From: an uncultured Verrucomicrobiota bacterium
GTDB lineage: Bacteria; Verrucomicrobiota; Verrucomicrobiia; Limisphaerales; JAEYXS01
DNA: 64,000 nt
Direction: 5' to 3'
Assembly (NCBI GenBank): GCA_964589735.1
Contig: CAZPUL010000025.1
Coordinates: 529 to 64,528 of the forward strand
Shown here: in pieces, positions 43,921-52,568 of the stretch
Numbering within the stretch: the first letter of the stretch is position 1
How the letters are laid out: the number at the start of each line of letters is the position of its first letter
Program-made: the position numbers and the translations under genes
Notes under the pieces: model-generated
Seen by the model: the letters and a program-made list of their open reading frames with translations, nothing else
Told to the model about the DNA's origin: nothing
Databases searched by the model: none

Positions 43921-44933
43921 TGAAACCTGAACTCACGCTCTCCCGTCGCCAATGGCTCCTCGCCACCAGCGGCCTCGCGCTCTCCGCACTAAGCTCCTCC
44001 GCCCAAGACACCTCCGCACCAAAACTTCTCTCCGTCCAAAAGATTTGGGACAACGCCCCGCACAATGCCTTCACCGACCTCGTGCGGTATAAAGACGAAT
44101 GGTTCTGCGTCTTCCGCGAAGGGATCAAGCACGTCTCACCCGATGGCAAGCTGCGCGTCATCACCTCGCGCGATGGCGAGAAGTGGGAGTCCGCCGCGCT
44201 GGTCGAATCTCCCCTCGGTGATGCCCGCGACGCCAAGATCTGCGTCACGCCGGATGGCCGTTTGATGCTCAATGGTGCCATCGCCCTCCATGACCAGTCG
44301 AAGCACCGCCACCAGTCCGCCGTCTGGTTTAGTGATGACGGCCGAAAATGGTCCGAGCCTACGTTGATAGGCGATCCGGATTACTGGCTCTGGCGCGTGA
44401 CGTGGCATGAAGGCAAGTGCTACACCATCGGCTATAACACGAATAGCGACCGCACCAAGCGCTCCCTGCGCCTTTATCGCAGTGATGAGGGGAAGAAGTT
44501 CGAAGTCTGGAACGAACGCGTCTTCGATCAGTTCTCTCCCGGTGAAAATACCATCCGCTTCCTTAAAGACGGCACTGCCATCTGCTTAGTGCGGCGCGAT
44601 CTCGCTCCGTTCACTTCACTGCTCGGCACCTCCAAACCACCCTTCAAGGAATGGACCTGGCGCGAAGTCCTGTCACGCATCGGTGGCCCGAACTTCATCC
44701 AGTTGCCCGATGGCCGTTTCCTCGCTGCCGGACGCAATCACGATGGGGCTGTGCGCACATCCCTGTTCTGGTTGGATCCCGGTCAAGCCACCTTGACCGA
44801 GTGCCTGAAACTTCCCTCCGGTGGTGATTCCAGTTACCCCGGTTTAGTCTGGCACGACAGCCAGCTTTGGGTTAGCTACTACTCCTCACACGATAAAAAG
44901 TCCGCCATCTATCTGGCCAAAGTATCACTATGA
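43917..44933 (+). CDS. sialidase/BNR-like beta-propeller protein, Tat/Sec-secreted (paralog B)
   Basis: About 45% identical by eye to the upstream ORF. 4-nt overlaps with both neighbours. Confidence 0.6.
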   Translation: MMKPELTLSRRQWLLATSGLALSALSSSAQDTSAPKLLSVQKIWDNAPHNAFTDLVRYKDEWFCVFREGIKHVSPDGKLRVITSRDGEKWESAALVESPLGDARDAKICVTPDGRLMLNGAIALHDQSKHRHQSAVWFSDDGRKWSEPTLIGDPDYWLWRVTWHEGKCYTIGYNTNSDRTKRSLRLYRSDEGKKFEVWNERVFDQFSPGENTIRFLKDGTAICLVRRDLAPFTSLLGTSKPPFKEWTWREVLSRIGGPNFIQLPDGRFLAAGRNHDGAVRTSLFWLDPGQATLTECLKLPSGGDSSYPGLVWHDSQLWVSYYSSHDKKSAIYLAKVSL

Positions 44934-46510
44934 CGCAGCCGCTGTATCCCCTGCTCTCGCCCAAGGCGATGAACCGCCGCTCCTTCCTCCTCGCCACCAC
45001 ATCGTTTGCAGCGGCCGCGTTGTGGTCCGGTCATGCATTGGGTGCCGTCACCAAGAACCCGAAATTCTCCGCTTACCCTTTCCAACTCGGCGTCGCCTCC
45101 GGCGATCCCGATGAAAAAAGCGTGATTCTCTGGACCCGTCTCGCTCCGAAGCCGCTGGAAGAAGATTTCGGCATGACGCCTGATTCCATCGAAGTCTCTT
45201 GGCAGATCGCTGAAGATGAAGCGATGAGCAAGGTCGTGAAGAAAGGCACTGTCGTCGCTTCACCAGATTGGGGCCATTCCGTGCATGTGGAAGCCGGGGG
45301 GCTGAAGCCGGATCGCTGGTATTGGTATCAGTTCAAAGCGGGCAGTGAAACCAGTCCCAAAGGCCGCACGCGGACCATGCCGACGAAGAACAGCACACCC
45401 GGCCGCTTGCGTTTCACTTTTGCCTCCTGCCAGCATTACGAGACCGGCCTCTTCACCGCCTACGAGCACATGTTGAAGGAGGATCTCGACCTCGTGCTAC
45501 ATCTCGGCGATTACATCTACGAATACGCAGGCATCGACAAGCGCGTGCGTAAACACGTCGGCCCCGAGTGCAAGACGCTGAACGGCTACCGCTCGCGTTA
45601 CGCGCAGTATCGCTCGGATACGGCTTTGCAAAATATGCACGCCGCAGCCCCTTGGATTGTCACGTGGGATGACCATGAGTTCGACAACAACTGTGCGAAC
45701 GACATCTCCGAAGAAAAAGGCGTTTCCTCCGTGGACTTCCTCATCCGTCGCGCCGCTTCTTATCAGGCTTACTACGAGAACATGCCCTTGCGCCGCTCGG
45801 CTTTGCCCAAAGGCCCAAATATGACGCTCTATCGCAAGCTGAACTTCGGCAAACTCGCCGAATTCCAGGTGCTCGACACGCGCCAATACCGCTCCGATCA
45901 GCCTTGCGGTGATGGTAACAAACCGCAATGCGATGAAGCGCTCGACCCGAGCCGCACCTTGCTCGGCACCAAACAGCGCGACTGGCTTTTCAATACGCTC
46001 GGCAAATCGGACGCCACCTGGAACATCCTCGCCCAGCAGATCATGATCGCGCGTGTAGATCGCAAGGCGGGGGCTGAAGTCGGCTACAGCATGGACCAAT
46101 GGCCCGGCTACGAAGGCGATCGCCGCAAGCTCCTGAAGTTCCTGCACGACCGCAAGATCTCCAATCCCGTCGCGCTTGCCGGTGACATCCACACGAACTG
46201 GGCGAACGAACTCATCGCGGACTTCGACAACCTCGAATCCAAGAGCGTCGCCACCGAATTCGTCGGCACGTCCATCTCCTCCAGTGGTGACGGCACCAAC
46301 GCGCCCAAGAATCTGGACGCCCTGTACTCCGAGAACCCTTTCGTGAAATACCACAACGCCGAGCGCGGCTACGTGCGCTGCGAAGTGACTCCGAAAGAAT
46401 GGCGCACCGACTATAAGACCGTGGAATATGTCACCCGCCCCGGCTCCCCGTTGAACACGCGCAAATCATTCGTCGTGGAAAACGGTCAGCCCAAGTTGCA
46501 GAAGGCGTAG
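44930..46510 (+). CDS. phoD: alkaline phosphatase D family (PhoD), Tat-dependent
   Basis: Twin-arginine leader (MNRRSFLLATTSFAAAAL), HLGDYIYEY and WDDHEFDNN metallophosphatase motifs. Confidence 0.88.
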   Translation: MTQPLYPLLSPKAMNRRSFLLATTSFAAAALWSGHALGAVTKNPKFSAYPFQLGVASGDPDEKSVILWTRLAPKPLEEDFGMTPDSIEVSWQIAEDEAMSKVVKKGTVVASPDWGHSVHVEAGGLKPDRWYWYQFKAGSETSPKGRTRTMPTKNSTPGRLRFTFASCQHYETGLFTAYEHMLKEDLDLVLHLGDYIYEYAGIDKRVRKHVGPECKTLNGYRSRYAQYRSDTALQNMHAAAPWIVTWDDHEFDNNCANDISEEKGVSSVDFLIRRAASYQAYYENMPLRRSALPKGPNMTLYRKLNFGKLAEFQVLDTRQYRSDQPCGDGNKPQCDEALDPSRTLLGTKQRDWLFNTLGKSDATWNILAQQIMIARVDRKAGAEVGYSMDQWPGYEGDRRKLLKFLHDRKISNPVALAGDIHTNWANELIADFDNLESKSVATEFVGTSISSSGDGTNAPKNLDALYSENPFVKYHNAERGYVRCEVTPKEWRTDYKTVEYVTRPGSPLNTRKSFVVENGQPKLQKA

Positions 46511-46637
46511 CCTTGCCCTTTGGAGTGCTGCGGCTTGACGCAGCTTTCCGCCCGAGGCGGCTTGACGCCTCGAAGTTTCATTTACGTCATCCGTTATTGA
46601 GCGTATAGATGGGTATTAACAACCCATCCATACCATC

Positions 46638-47567
46638 ATGAACACCTCGCCATTGCTCCGGGCGTTGTTGCTGGCCGCACTCCTGCCCCTGGCCCTGCTA
46701 AATGTCACCGCCCAGGAAAAAGCCAAAGGCCCCACCAAACCCGCGCCTGATCTGGCGGATGTGAAATACGGCCCGCACGCCCGCAACGTGCTCGATCTCT
46801 GGAAGGCGAAATCCGATCAACCCACGCCACTCGTAGTGTACATCCACGGCGGCGGCTTCCGCGCGGGCAGCAAAGAATCGCTTTCACCCGCCTTATTGGA
46901 TGGCTGTCTGAAAGCCGGCATCTCCGTGATGGCCATCAACTACCGGCTCTCACCAGAGGTCAGTTTCCCCGCCCATTACATGGACAGCGCCCGCGCCATC
47001 CAATTCGCCCGCTCCAAGGCCAAGGAATGGAATCTCGACCCCAAACGCGTGGCCTCTACCGGTGGTTCCGCCGGTGCCGGCACCTCCCTCTGGATCGGCT
47101 TTCACGATGACATGGCCGACCCCAAGAATGCCGACCCTGTCTTGCGCGAATCCACCCGGCTCTCCTGCATGGTCGTCGGCGGTGCGCAATCCACCTACGA
47201 TCCGCGCACCATCAAGGAATGGGTCGGTGGCCGTGCCCACGAGCACCCTGCCCTGCCCGACTTTCACGGCGTGAAGAGCGATGAACTCGACTCGCCCAAA
47301 GCCCATAAGATCTACGAAGCCGCCGCGCCCATCAATTATCTGACCAAGAACGACCCGCCTGTGTATGCCTACTACAATGAACCGCGCGGCCCCCTGCCCG
47401 CCGATGCCAAGCCCGGCCAGGGTATTCATCACATCAACTTTGGCCTGAAGCTGAAAGAACAGATGGACAAGCTCGGCATCGAATGCGTCATCCGCCACAC
47501 CGACGAGAAAATGAACCTCAACGCCGAATCCATCGCCTTCTTCAAAAAACATTTCGGGATGAAGTAA
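46638..47567 (+). CDS. alpha/beta-hydrolase esterase (lipase/esterase family), secreted
   Basis: HGGGF oxyanion motif and GGSAGA nucleophile elbow. Confidence 0.8.
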   Translation: MNTSPLLRALLLAALLPLALLNVTAQEKAKGPTKPAPDLADVKYGPHARNVLDLWKAKSDQPTPLVVYIHGGGFRAGSKESLSPALLDGCLKAGISVMAINYRLSPEVSFPAHYMDSARAIQFARSKAKEWNLDPKRVASTGGSAGAGTSLWIGFHDDMADPKNADPVLRESTRLSCMVVGGAQSTYDPRTIKEWVGGRAHEHPALPDFHGVKSDELDSPKAHKIYEAAAPINYLTKNDPPVYAYYNEPRGPLPADAKPGQGIHHINFGLKLKEQMDKLGIECVIRHTDEKMNLNAESIAFFKKHFGMK

Positions 47568-47608
47568 GCGCCATCGCATTAATTTCATTCACATGTAAAT
47601 ATTCCGAT

Positions 47609-48760
47609 GTGAACCCGGGCAAAGAATCAGCCGCCTCTCCAACGGACCGCCGCAAAGCAGCGGCCGCGGCTGGACTCGCCCTCCTGGTCGCCTTCCTGCT
47701 GGTTTATATCTTCACCCGTGAGCCGACCTACGCCGGTCGCACCGCGTCTGAGTGGGCGGAAATCTTGATCATCCCTAACAGCGCTGATGCCCAGACTACG
47801 CGACAGGCGCAAAAGGCTTTCAAGGAAATGGGGAATGAAGGCATCGCTTTCCTGATCGACCGGTTTGAGAACGGGGAATCAGAGCGGATGCTGGAATTTC
47901 GTTACCGCTTCAAAAGGCTGTTGGGCTACCGGGGAAGTTATCACAGCGCGCGGGAACGCAAACTCTACTGTCTGGAAGCCCTCGGGCGGCTGGGCACCAA
48001 TGCGGTCATCGCCACGCCTTTGCTCCTGCGCAATCTCGATTCACCAGATCGCGAGGTCGTCCTTCGCTCGGCCACCGCGCTGCAACAAACGCTCGGCTAC
48101 GAAGAGCAAGTGGTGCCCAAGATGCTCACGCTGCTCGTCGGAAAGGACCGGGAACTGGTTCATCCGGCTATCCAGACCCTGCGCCACTATCCCGGCTCCA
48201 AGGAAAAAATTCTCCCGCTCCTGCAAAAAATGCTGCCCGGCCCGGAACCGTCAGTGATCGGTTTCGCCAGTCATACGATCAAGACCCTCGCCCCGGCTGA
48301 TTTTGAGAGCGCCGCCGTACCGGTGTTGACCAACAACTTCCTCTCCCCCGATCCGTTCCTTATCATCGCCAGTTTGCAAGCGCTGGACAGTTTTCAGCCA
48401 CCCAATCAGCGGCTGGTCGATTCGGTCTTCCCCCTGCTGAAGCACACCGATTACCGAGTCCGGGAGCGAACCATCCGGTTACTGGGCGAGTGGGTGAATC
48501 ATGACGCGAGGGGTCAGCACCGGCGCACGGAGGCACTCACCCTCTGTCTGTCCATGCTTGATGATCCGGAGGAAGATGTCCGCCTCTCCGCCGCCCACGC
48601 CCTGATGAGCTGGGGTACGGATGCCCGCACCGCCATCCCCAAACTTTCCCGGCTCTACCATCAGGCCGGCAGCAGCATAGGGACCCAATCCACCTACCAT
48701 AATATCATCTTCCGCCTTGATCCTGAACTGGCTTTTGAGTTGCGACACCGTCGGCCATAA
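47609..48760 (+). CDS. membrane-anchored HEAT-repeat protein
   Basis: GTG at 47609 avoids overlap with the esterase. A TM segment is followed by repeated units such as LL..L.D.D..VR..A..AL. Confidence 0.6.
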   Translation: MNPGKESAASPTDRRKAAAAAGLALLVAFLLVYIFTREPTYAGRTASEWAEILIIPNSADAQTTRQAQKAFKEMGNEGIAFLIDRFENGESERMLEFRYRFKRLLGYRGSYHSARERKLYCLEALGRLGTNAVIATPLLLRNLDSPDREVVLRSATALQQTLGYEEQVVPKMLTLLVGKDRELVHPAIQTLRHYPGSKEKILPLLQKMLPGPEPSVIGFASHTIKTLAPADFESAAVPVLTNNFLSPDPFLIIASLQALDSFQPPNQRLVDSVFPLLKHTDYRVRERTIRLLGEWVNHDARGQHRRTEALTLCLSMLDDPEEDVRLSAAHALMSWGTDARTAIPKLSRLYHQAGSSIGTQSTYHNIIFRLDPELAFELRHRRP

Positions 48761-48791
48761 ACCACGTTGCAATCCCCCATTTTTGCAGTAA

Positions 48792-48811
48792 ACTGGTTAA
48801 AGACTGGTTAA
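48792..48811 (+). promoter_or_regulatory. candidate TA operator (direct repeat actggttaa x2)
   Basis: actggttaa occurs at 48792-48800 and 48803-48811, directly upstream of a tataac box and of the antitoxin ATG at 48821. Confidence 0.4.
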
Positions 48812-48820
48812 TTTATAACT

Positions 48821-49084
48821 ATGGCTACCATCACCGCCTTTGACGCCAAGACCCGTTTTGGTGAATTGCTGGACCGGGTTGCGACCGGCGAGGAGATTGT
48901 CATCACCCGGCACGACAAACCGGTGGCCCGGATCGTGCCCGAGAACCGCCGCAGTCTGGCGGAAGTCCAGGATGCTGTGAACGGCCTAAGTGAATTAAGA
49001 CGGCAGATCGCCTCCCGCAAGCGCAGCGGTCGCAAGTTGACCGATAAAGACGTCCGTTCTGCCCTGGAGGAAGGAAGAAGGTGA
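48821..49084 (+). CDS. type II antitoxin, Phd/YefM family
   Basis: The N-terminal sequence AKTRFGELLDRVATGEEIVITRHDKPVARIVP is typical of Phd/YefM. 4-nt overlap with the PIN toxin. Confidence 0.85.
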   Translation: MATITAFDAKTRFGELLDRVATGEEIVITRHDKPVARIVPENRRSLAEVQDAVNGLSELRRQIASRKRSGRKLTDKDVRSALEEGRR

Positions 49085-49497
49085 CAGATCCATTCGTTGT
49101 TGATACCTCCATCGCCATTGCCTGGGTCCACCCCGATCAGTCAACGGATTTGTCCAACCGCCTGATTGACGCCGTCGGGCAAGGTGCCGTCCTCCATGTG
49201 CCCTCTTTGTGGTTTCTGGAAATGGCCAACGTGCTGACCGTTCTGGTTCGCCGTAAAAAACTCGCCGAAGCCGAACGCATCACAGCTCTTGACCGGTTGG
49301 GACGCTTGAACCTGCAGGTTGACCACGAATCGGCTGCGATCGCCTTTACCAGTTTGTCCGCTTTGGCCAGGCAGCATGAACTGACCGTCTACGATGCGGT
49401 TTATCTGGAACTGGCCATCCGCAAATCACTGCCACTGGCCAGCAAGGATGCCCAATTGCAAATCTCCGCAAGAAAATGCGGAGTCAAAGTCCTGTGA
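49081..49497 (+). CDS. vapC: type II toxin, PIN-domain VapC
   Basis: FVVDTS (first acidic residue), E in FLEMANVL and YDAVYLELA. 138 aa. Confidence 0.85.
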   Translation: MTDPFVVDTSIAIAWVHPDQSTDLSNRLIDAVGQGAVLHVPSLWFLEMANVLTVLVRRKKLAEAERITALDRLGRLNLQVDHESAAIAFTSLSALARQHELTVYDAVYLELAIRKSLPLASKDAQLQISARKCGVKVL

Positions 49498-50207
49498 TAC
49501 TCAGCAGAGATACGGTCCAGCATGCGATGCCGGGTGAAGCGAGTGCGGTTCAGTTGGAGATCCATCATAATCCCAAAGCCCGCCGTTACCTGTTGCGCAT
49601 CCGCCCTGACGGTACGCTGCGTGTCACCATCCCTCGCTACGGAAACCGTGAGGAGGCATTGCGTTTCGTCACCCGGCAGAACGCCTGGATCACCAAAAAC
49701 CGGGCGCGTGCCTTGGCGCGCATCACCGTAGTGCAACCTTTGGTGAATGGTTCGCTCCTTTGGTATCGCGGTGAGAAAATCCCGTTGCAAGTTCACGCCC
49801 ACGATTCTCTCCACACACTGCACTTCGGCGACCAGATGGCCAGCAGCAGCCTCACCCAAGCCAACTGGCGGCCTGTGGTAAACGAGCATCTGCGCAACCT
49901 CGCGGCAGCAGAGTTTCCTCAGCTAGTCAAAGCGCTGGCCCGACAGCACGGTCTGGAAGTGAAGCATGTCTCCATCCGCGACCAGAAATCCCGCTGGGGC
50001 TCCTGCTCCGCCCGCAAGACCATCTCCCTCAACTGGCGGCTCATCCAGGCCCCGCCCTTCGTGCTCGATTATGTCATCGTCCACGAACTGATGCACCTGA
50101 AGGAGATGAACCATTCCGCCCGCTTCTGGCAGCACGTCGCCGCCGCTTTCCCGCAACACCGCGAGGCAGAAAAATGGTTGAAGAATTTCGGCAAAGAACT
50201 GCGCTAA
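49476..50207 (+). CDS. YgjP-like (DUF45) M48/SprT-type metallohydrolase
   Basis: VIVHELMHLKEMNHSARFW contains HExxH. The likely start is GTG at 49494, overlapping the vapC stop (GTGA). Confidence 0.75.
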   Translation: MRSQSPVILSRDTVQHAMPGEASAVQLEIHHNPKARRYLLRIRPDGTLRVTIPRYGNREEALRFVTRQNAWITKNRARALARITVVQPLVNGSLLWYRGEKIPLQVHAHDSLHTLHFGDQMASSSLTQANWRPVVNEHLRNLAAAEFPQLVKALARQHGLEVKHVSIRDQKSRWGSCSARKTISLNWRLIQAPPFVLDYVIVHELMHLKEMNHSARFWQHVAAAFPQHREAEKWLKNFGKELR

Positions 50208-50317
50208 TTCCTCAGTGTTGCAGCTCCAGCAAGCTACCGAGCGGTAAGATAAAATCTTCCTGCCGCCATCCTGTTTTTCTTTTCACTCCAAAATGAAACA
50301 GGTATCAAAACCCGCAC

Positions 50318-51796
50318 ATGAGTCTCCACGAGGAATTTCTGGATATGGCCGGGTCGTCCCTGACCCGCACCGCCATCTTTTGGGGTGATGAAAAGATCTC
50401 TTACGCCAGGCTGCTGGCGCAGGTGCGCGCCTTGAGCCTGCGTCTGCGCCAGGAGCTTGGCCTGCAATCCGGCGACCGCGTCGCTGTCTGGTTGAAGAAC
50501 TGCCCGGAGTTTCCCGTGGCCTTGTTCGGCTCCTGGCACGCGGGCGGTGTGGTCGTGATGATCAATAATTTCCTGAAACCGGATGAGGTGTCTTACATCC
50601 TGAAAGATTCCGGGGCCAAGATCGTCATCACCGACCACAGCCTCACGGACAACCAGACCAAACTGAAGGAGTTGTTGCCGGATATCCGCTATCTGTTCGT
50701 GGAAGATTTCACTGCCAGTGACGATGACTCCATCGAACCGGTGCGGCGCACCAAAAATGAGCTGGCCGCCCTGCTCTACACTTCCGGCACCACGGGCCGG
50801 CCCAAAGGTGCCATGCTCACGCACGGCAATTTCCTCGCCAACGTCCGCAGTTGTGTGACGTGCCTTGAGATGACCTCGGAGGACCGCATCGTCGTCATGC
50901 TGCCGCAGTTCCACAGCTTCATGTTCACCGTGGGCACCTTGTTGCCCTTGCTCGGTGGCGCGAGCATCGTGCTGGTGAAGTCCCTCCACCCGATGAAGCA
51001 CGTGCTGGAAGAGATTCTCCGCCATCGCAGCACCGTCTTGCCCGCAGTGCCACAGATCCATCGCGCGCTGGCTTCCTTGCCGCCGGGTGTGGAATTGAAT
51101 CTGCGCCTGTGCGTCAGCGGTGGTGCGCCCTTGCCGCTCGAAGTGCTGCACCAGTTCCAGCAGCGCTTCCCGAAAATCAAGTTCCTCGAAGGCTACGGCC
51201 CCACCGAAAGCAGTCCGGTAGCCACGGTCAATCCCATCAATGGCCCACAAAAGCCCGGCTCTGTCGGCGTGCCGATCCCGGAAGTGGAACTCAGCATCCG
51301 CGACGACCAGGGCAATGCCCTGCCGCCGGGTGTGACCGGCGAGATCTGCATCAAAGGGCCGAATGTGATGCAAGGCTATTGGAAGCAGCCCGATGAGACG
51401 GCCGCTACCTTGCGCAACGGCTGGCTCTACACCGGCGATGTCGGCCATCGTGATGCCGACAATTTCTATTACATCACCGACCGCAAGAAAGACATGCTGC
51501 TGGTGAACGGCATCAACGTCTATCCGCGCGAGATTGAGGAAGTCATCTATCGTTTCCCGGGCATCAAGGAAGCGGCGGTTATCGGCAAGCCCGACCCGCG
51601 CAAAGGCGAGCAAGCCGTCGCCTTCGTCACCTTGAACGAAGGGGTGACGTTGGATGAAAAAGCCTTGCTGGCCTTTATCCGGGAGAAGATGGCCGACTAC
51701 AAAGTACCGCGGAAAGTGGTTGTCATCCCCGCCCTGCCGCGAAATGCAACCGGCAAGATCCTCAAGACCGAGCTGCGAAACGTACCCGTGGAATAG
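50318..51796 (+). CDS. AMP-dependent synthetase / long-chain-fatty-acid-CoA ligase
   Basis: AMP-binding motif LLYTSGTTGRPKGAML, YGPTE and TGDVGHRD. Confidence 0.88.
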   Translation: MSLHEEFLDMAGSSLTRTAIFWGDEKISYARLLAQVRALSLRLRQELGLQSGDRVAVWLKNCPEFPVALFGSWHAGGVVVMINNFLKPDEVSYILKDSGAKIVITDHSLTDNQTKLKELLPDIRYLFVEDFTASDDDSIEPVRRTKNELAALLYTSGTTGRPKGAMLTHGNFLANVRSCVTCLEMTSEDRIVVMLPQFHSFMFTVGTLLPLLGGASIVLVKSLHPMKHVLEEILRHRSTVLPAVPQIHRALASLPPGVELNLRLCVSGGAPLPLEVLHQFQQRFPKIKFLEGYGPTESSPVATVNPINGPQKPGSVGVPIPEVELSIRDDQGNALPPGVTGEICIKGPNVMQGYWKQPDETAATLRNGWLYTGDVGHRDADNFYYITDRKKDMLLVNGINVYPREIEEVIYRFPGIKEAAVIGKPDPRKGEQAVAFVTLNEGVTLDEKALLAFIREKMADYKVPRKVVVIPALPRNATGKILKTELRNVPVE

Positions 51797-51842
51797 GTCT
51801 TTATCTGGACAAAACCCCACCACCCCTGCACCCTCCCGCGCC

Positions 51843-52448
51843 GTGAAACAACAGTCGATTGTCACCTTGGATTTGGAAGGCGTTTTGGTGCCCGAGATCT
51901 GGATCGCCGTCGCCGAAAAGACGAAGATCCCCGAACTGCGCCGCACCACGCGCGATGAACCGGATTACGACAAACTCATGCGCGGCCGTCTGGAGATTTT
52001 GGACCGCCATGGCCTGAAGCTCGCAGACATCCAGGAAGTGATCGGCACACTTAGCCCCCTGCCCGGCGGAAAGGAATTTCTCAATGAACTCCGCTCGCTC
52101 ACCCAGGTCATCATCCTGTCAGATACGTTCGAAGAATTTGCCCAGCCGCTCATGCGTCAGCTCGGCTGGCCAGCCATCCTCTGCCATAAACTCGAGGTGA
52201 AGGATGGGCGCATCGTGAACTACAAGCTGCGCCAGGATAACCAGAAGCAGAAGGCCGTGGCGGCCTTTAAGGGGCTGAACTACAAGGTCATCGCCGCCGG
52301 TGATTCCTTCAACGACACGACCATGTTGGGTGAAGCCCATGTCGGCTTCCTGTTCCATTCGCCGGAAAACATCAAACAACAGTTCCCACAATTCAAAGCG
52401 GTGGATGAATACGGCAACCTGATGAAACTCATCCGTGACCAACTCTAA
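51843..52448 (+). CDS. thrH: phosphoserine phosphatase / homoserine phosphotransferase ThrH
   Basis: LDLEGVLVPEIWIAVAEKT...PDYDKLM..RL.IL..HGLKL.DIQEVI...ILSDTF.EF.QPLMRQLG...LCHKL closely follows Pseudomonas ThrH from memory. GTG start at 51843. Confidence 0.85.
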   Translation: MKQQSIVTLDLEGVLVPEIWIAVAEKTKIPELRRTTRDEPDYDKLMRGRLEILDRHGLKLADIQEVIGTLSPLPGGKEFLNELRSLTQVIILSDTFEEFAQPLMRQLGWPAILCHKLEVKDGRIVNYKLRQDNQKQKAVAAFKGLNYKVIAAGDSFNDTTMLGEAHVGFLFHSPENIKQQFPQFKAVDEYGNLMKLIRDQL

Positions 52449-52568
52449 GCCAAATTTTGATCGGGTTTTGGTGCCCGTTTTAAACCTGAAAAGCAGCCAG
52501 ATTTTCCGGGACAACGCTTTACAGAAATTTGTGCGCCCCTTAGCCTTCCGCAGTTGCAGGGTATCGCC

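Noticed and set aside
51654-51842. Upstream extension of the thrH ORF overlapping the acyl-CoA ligase
   Set aside because: It is an out-of-frame read-through of the ligase 3' end. ThrH homology starts at the GTG at 51843 (VKQQSIVTLDLEGVLVPEIW).
50234-51949. 571-aa minus-strand ORF opposite the acyl-CoA ligase
   Set aside because: It is antisense to a gene with canonical AMP-binding motifs and has no motifs of its own.
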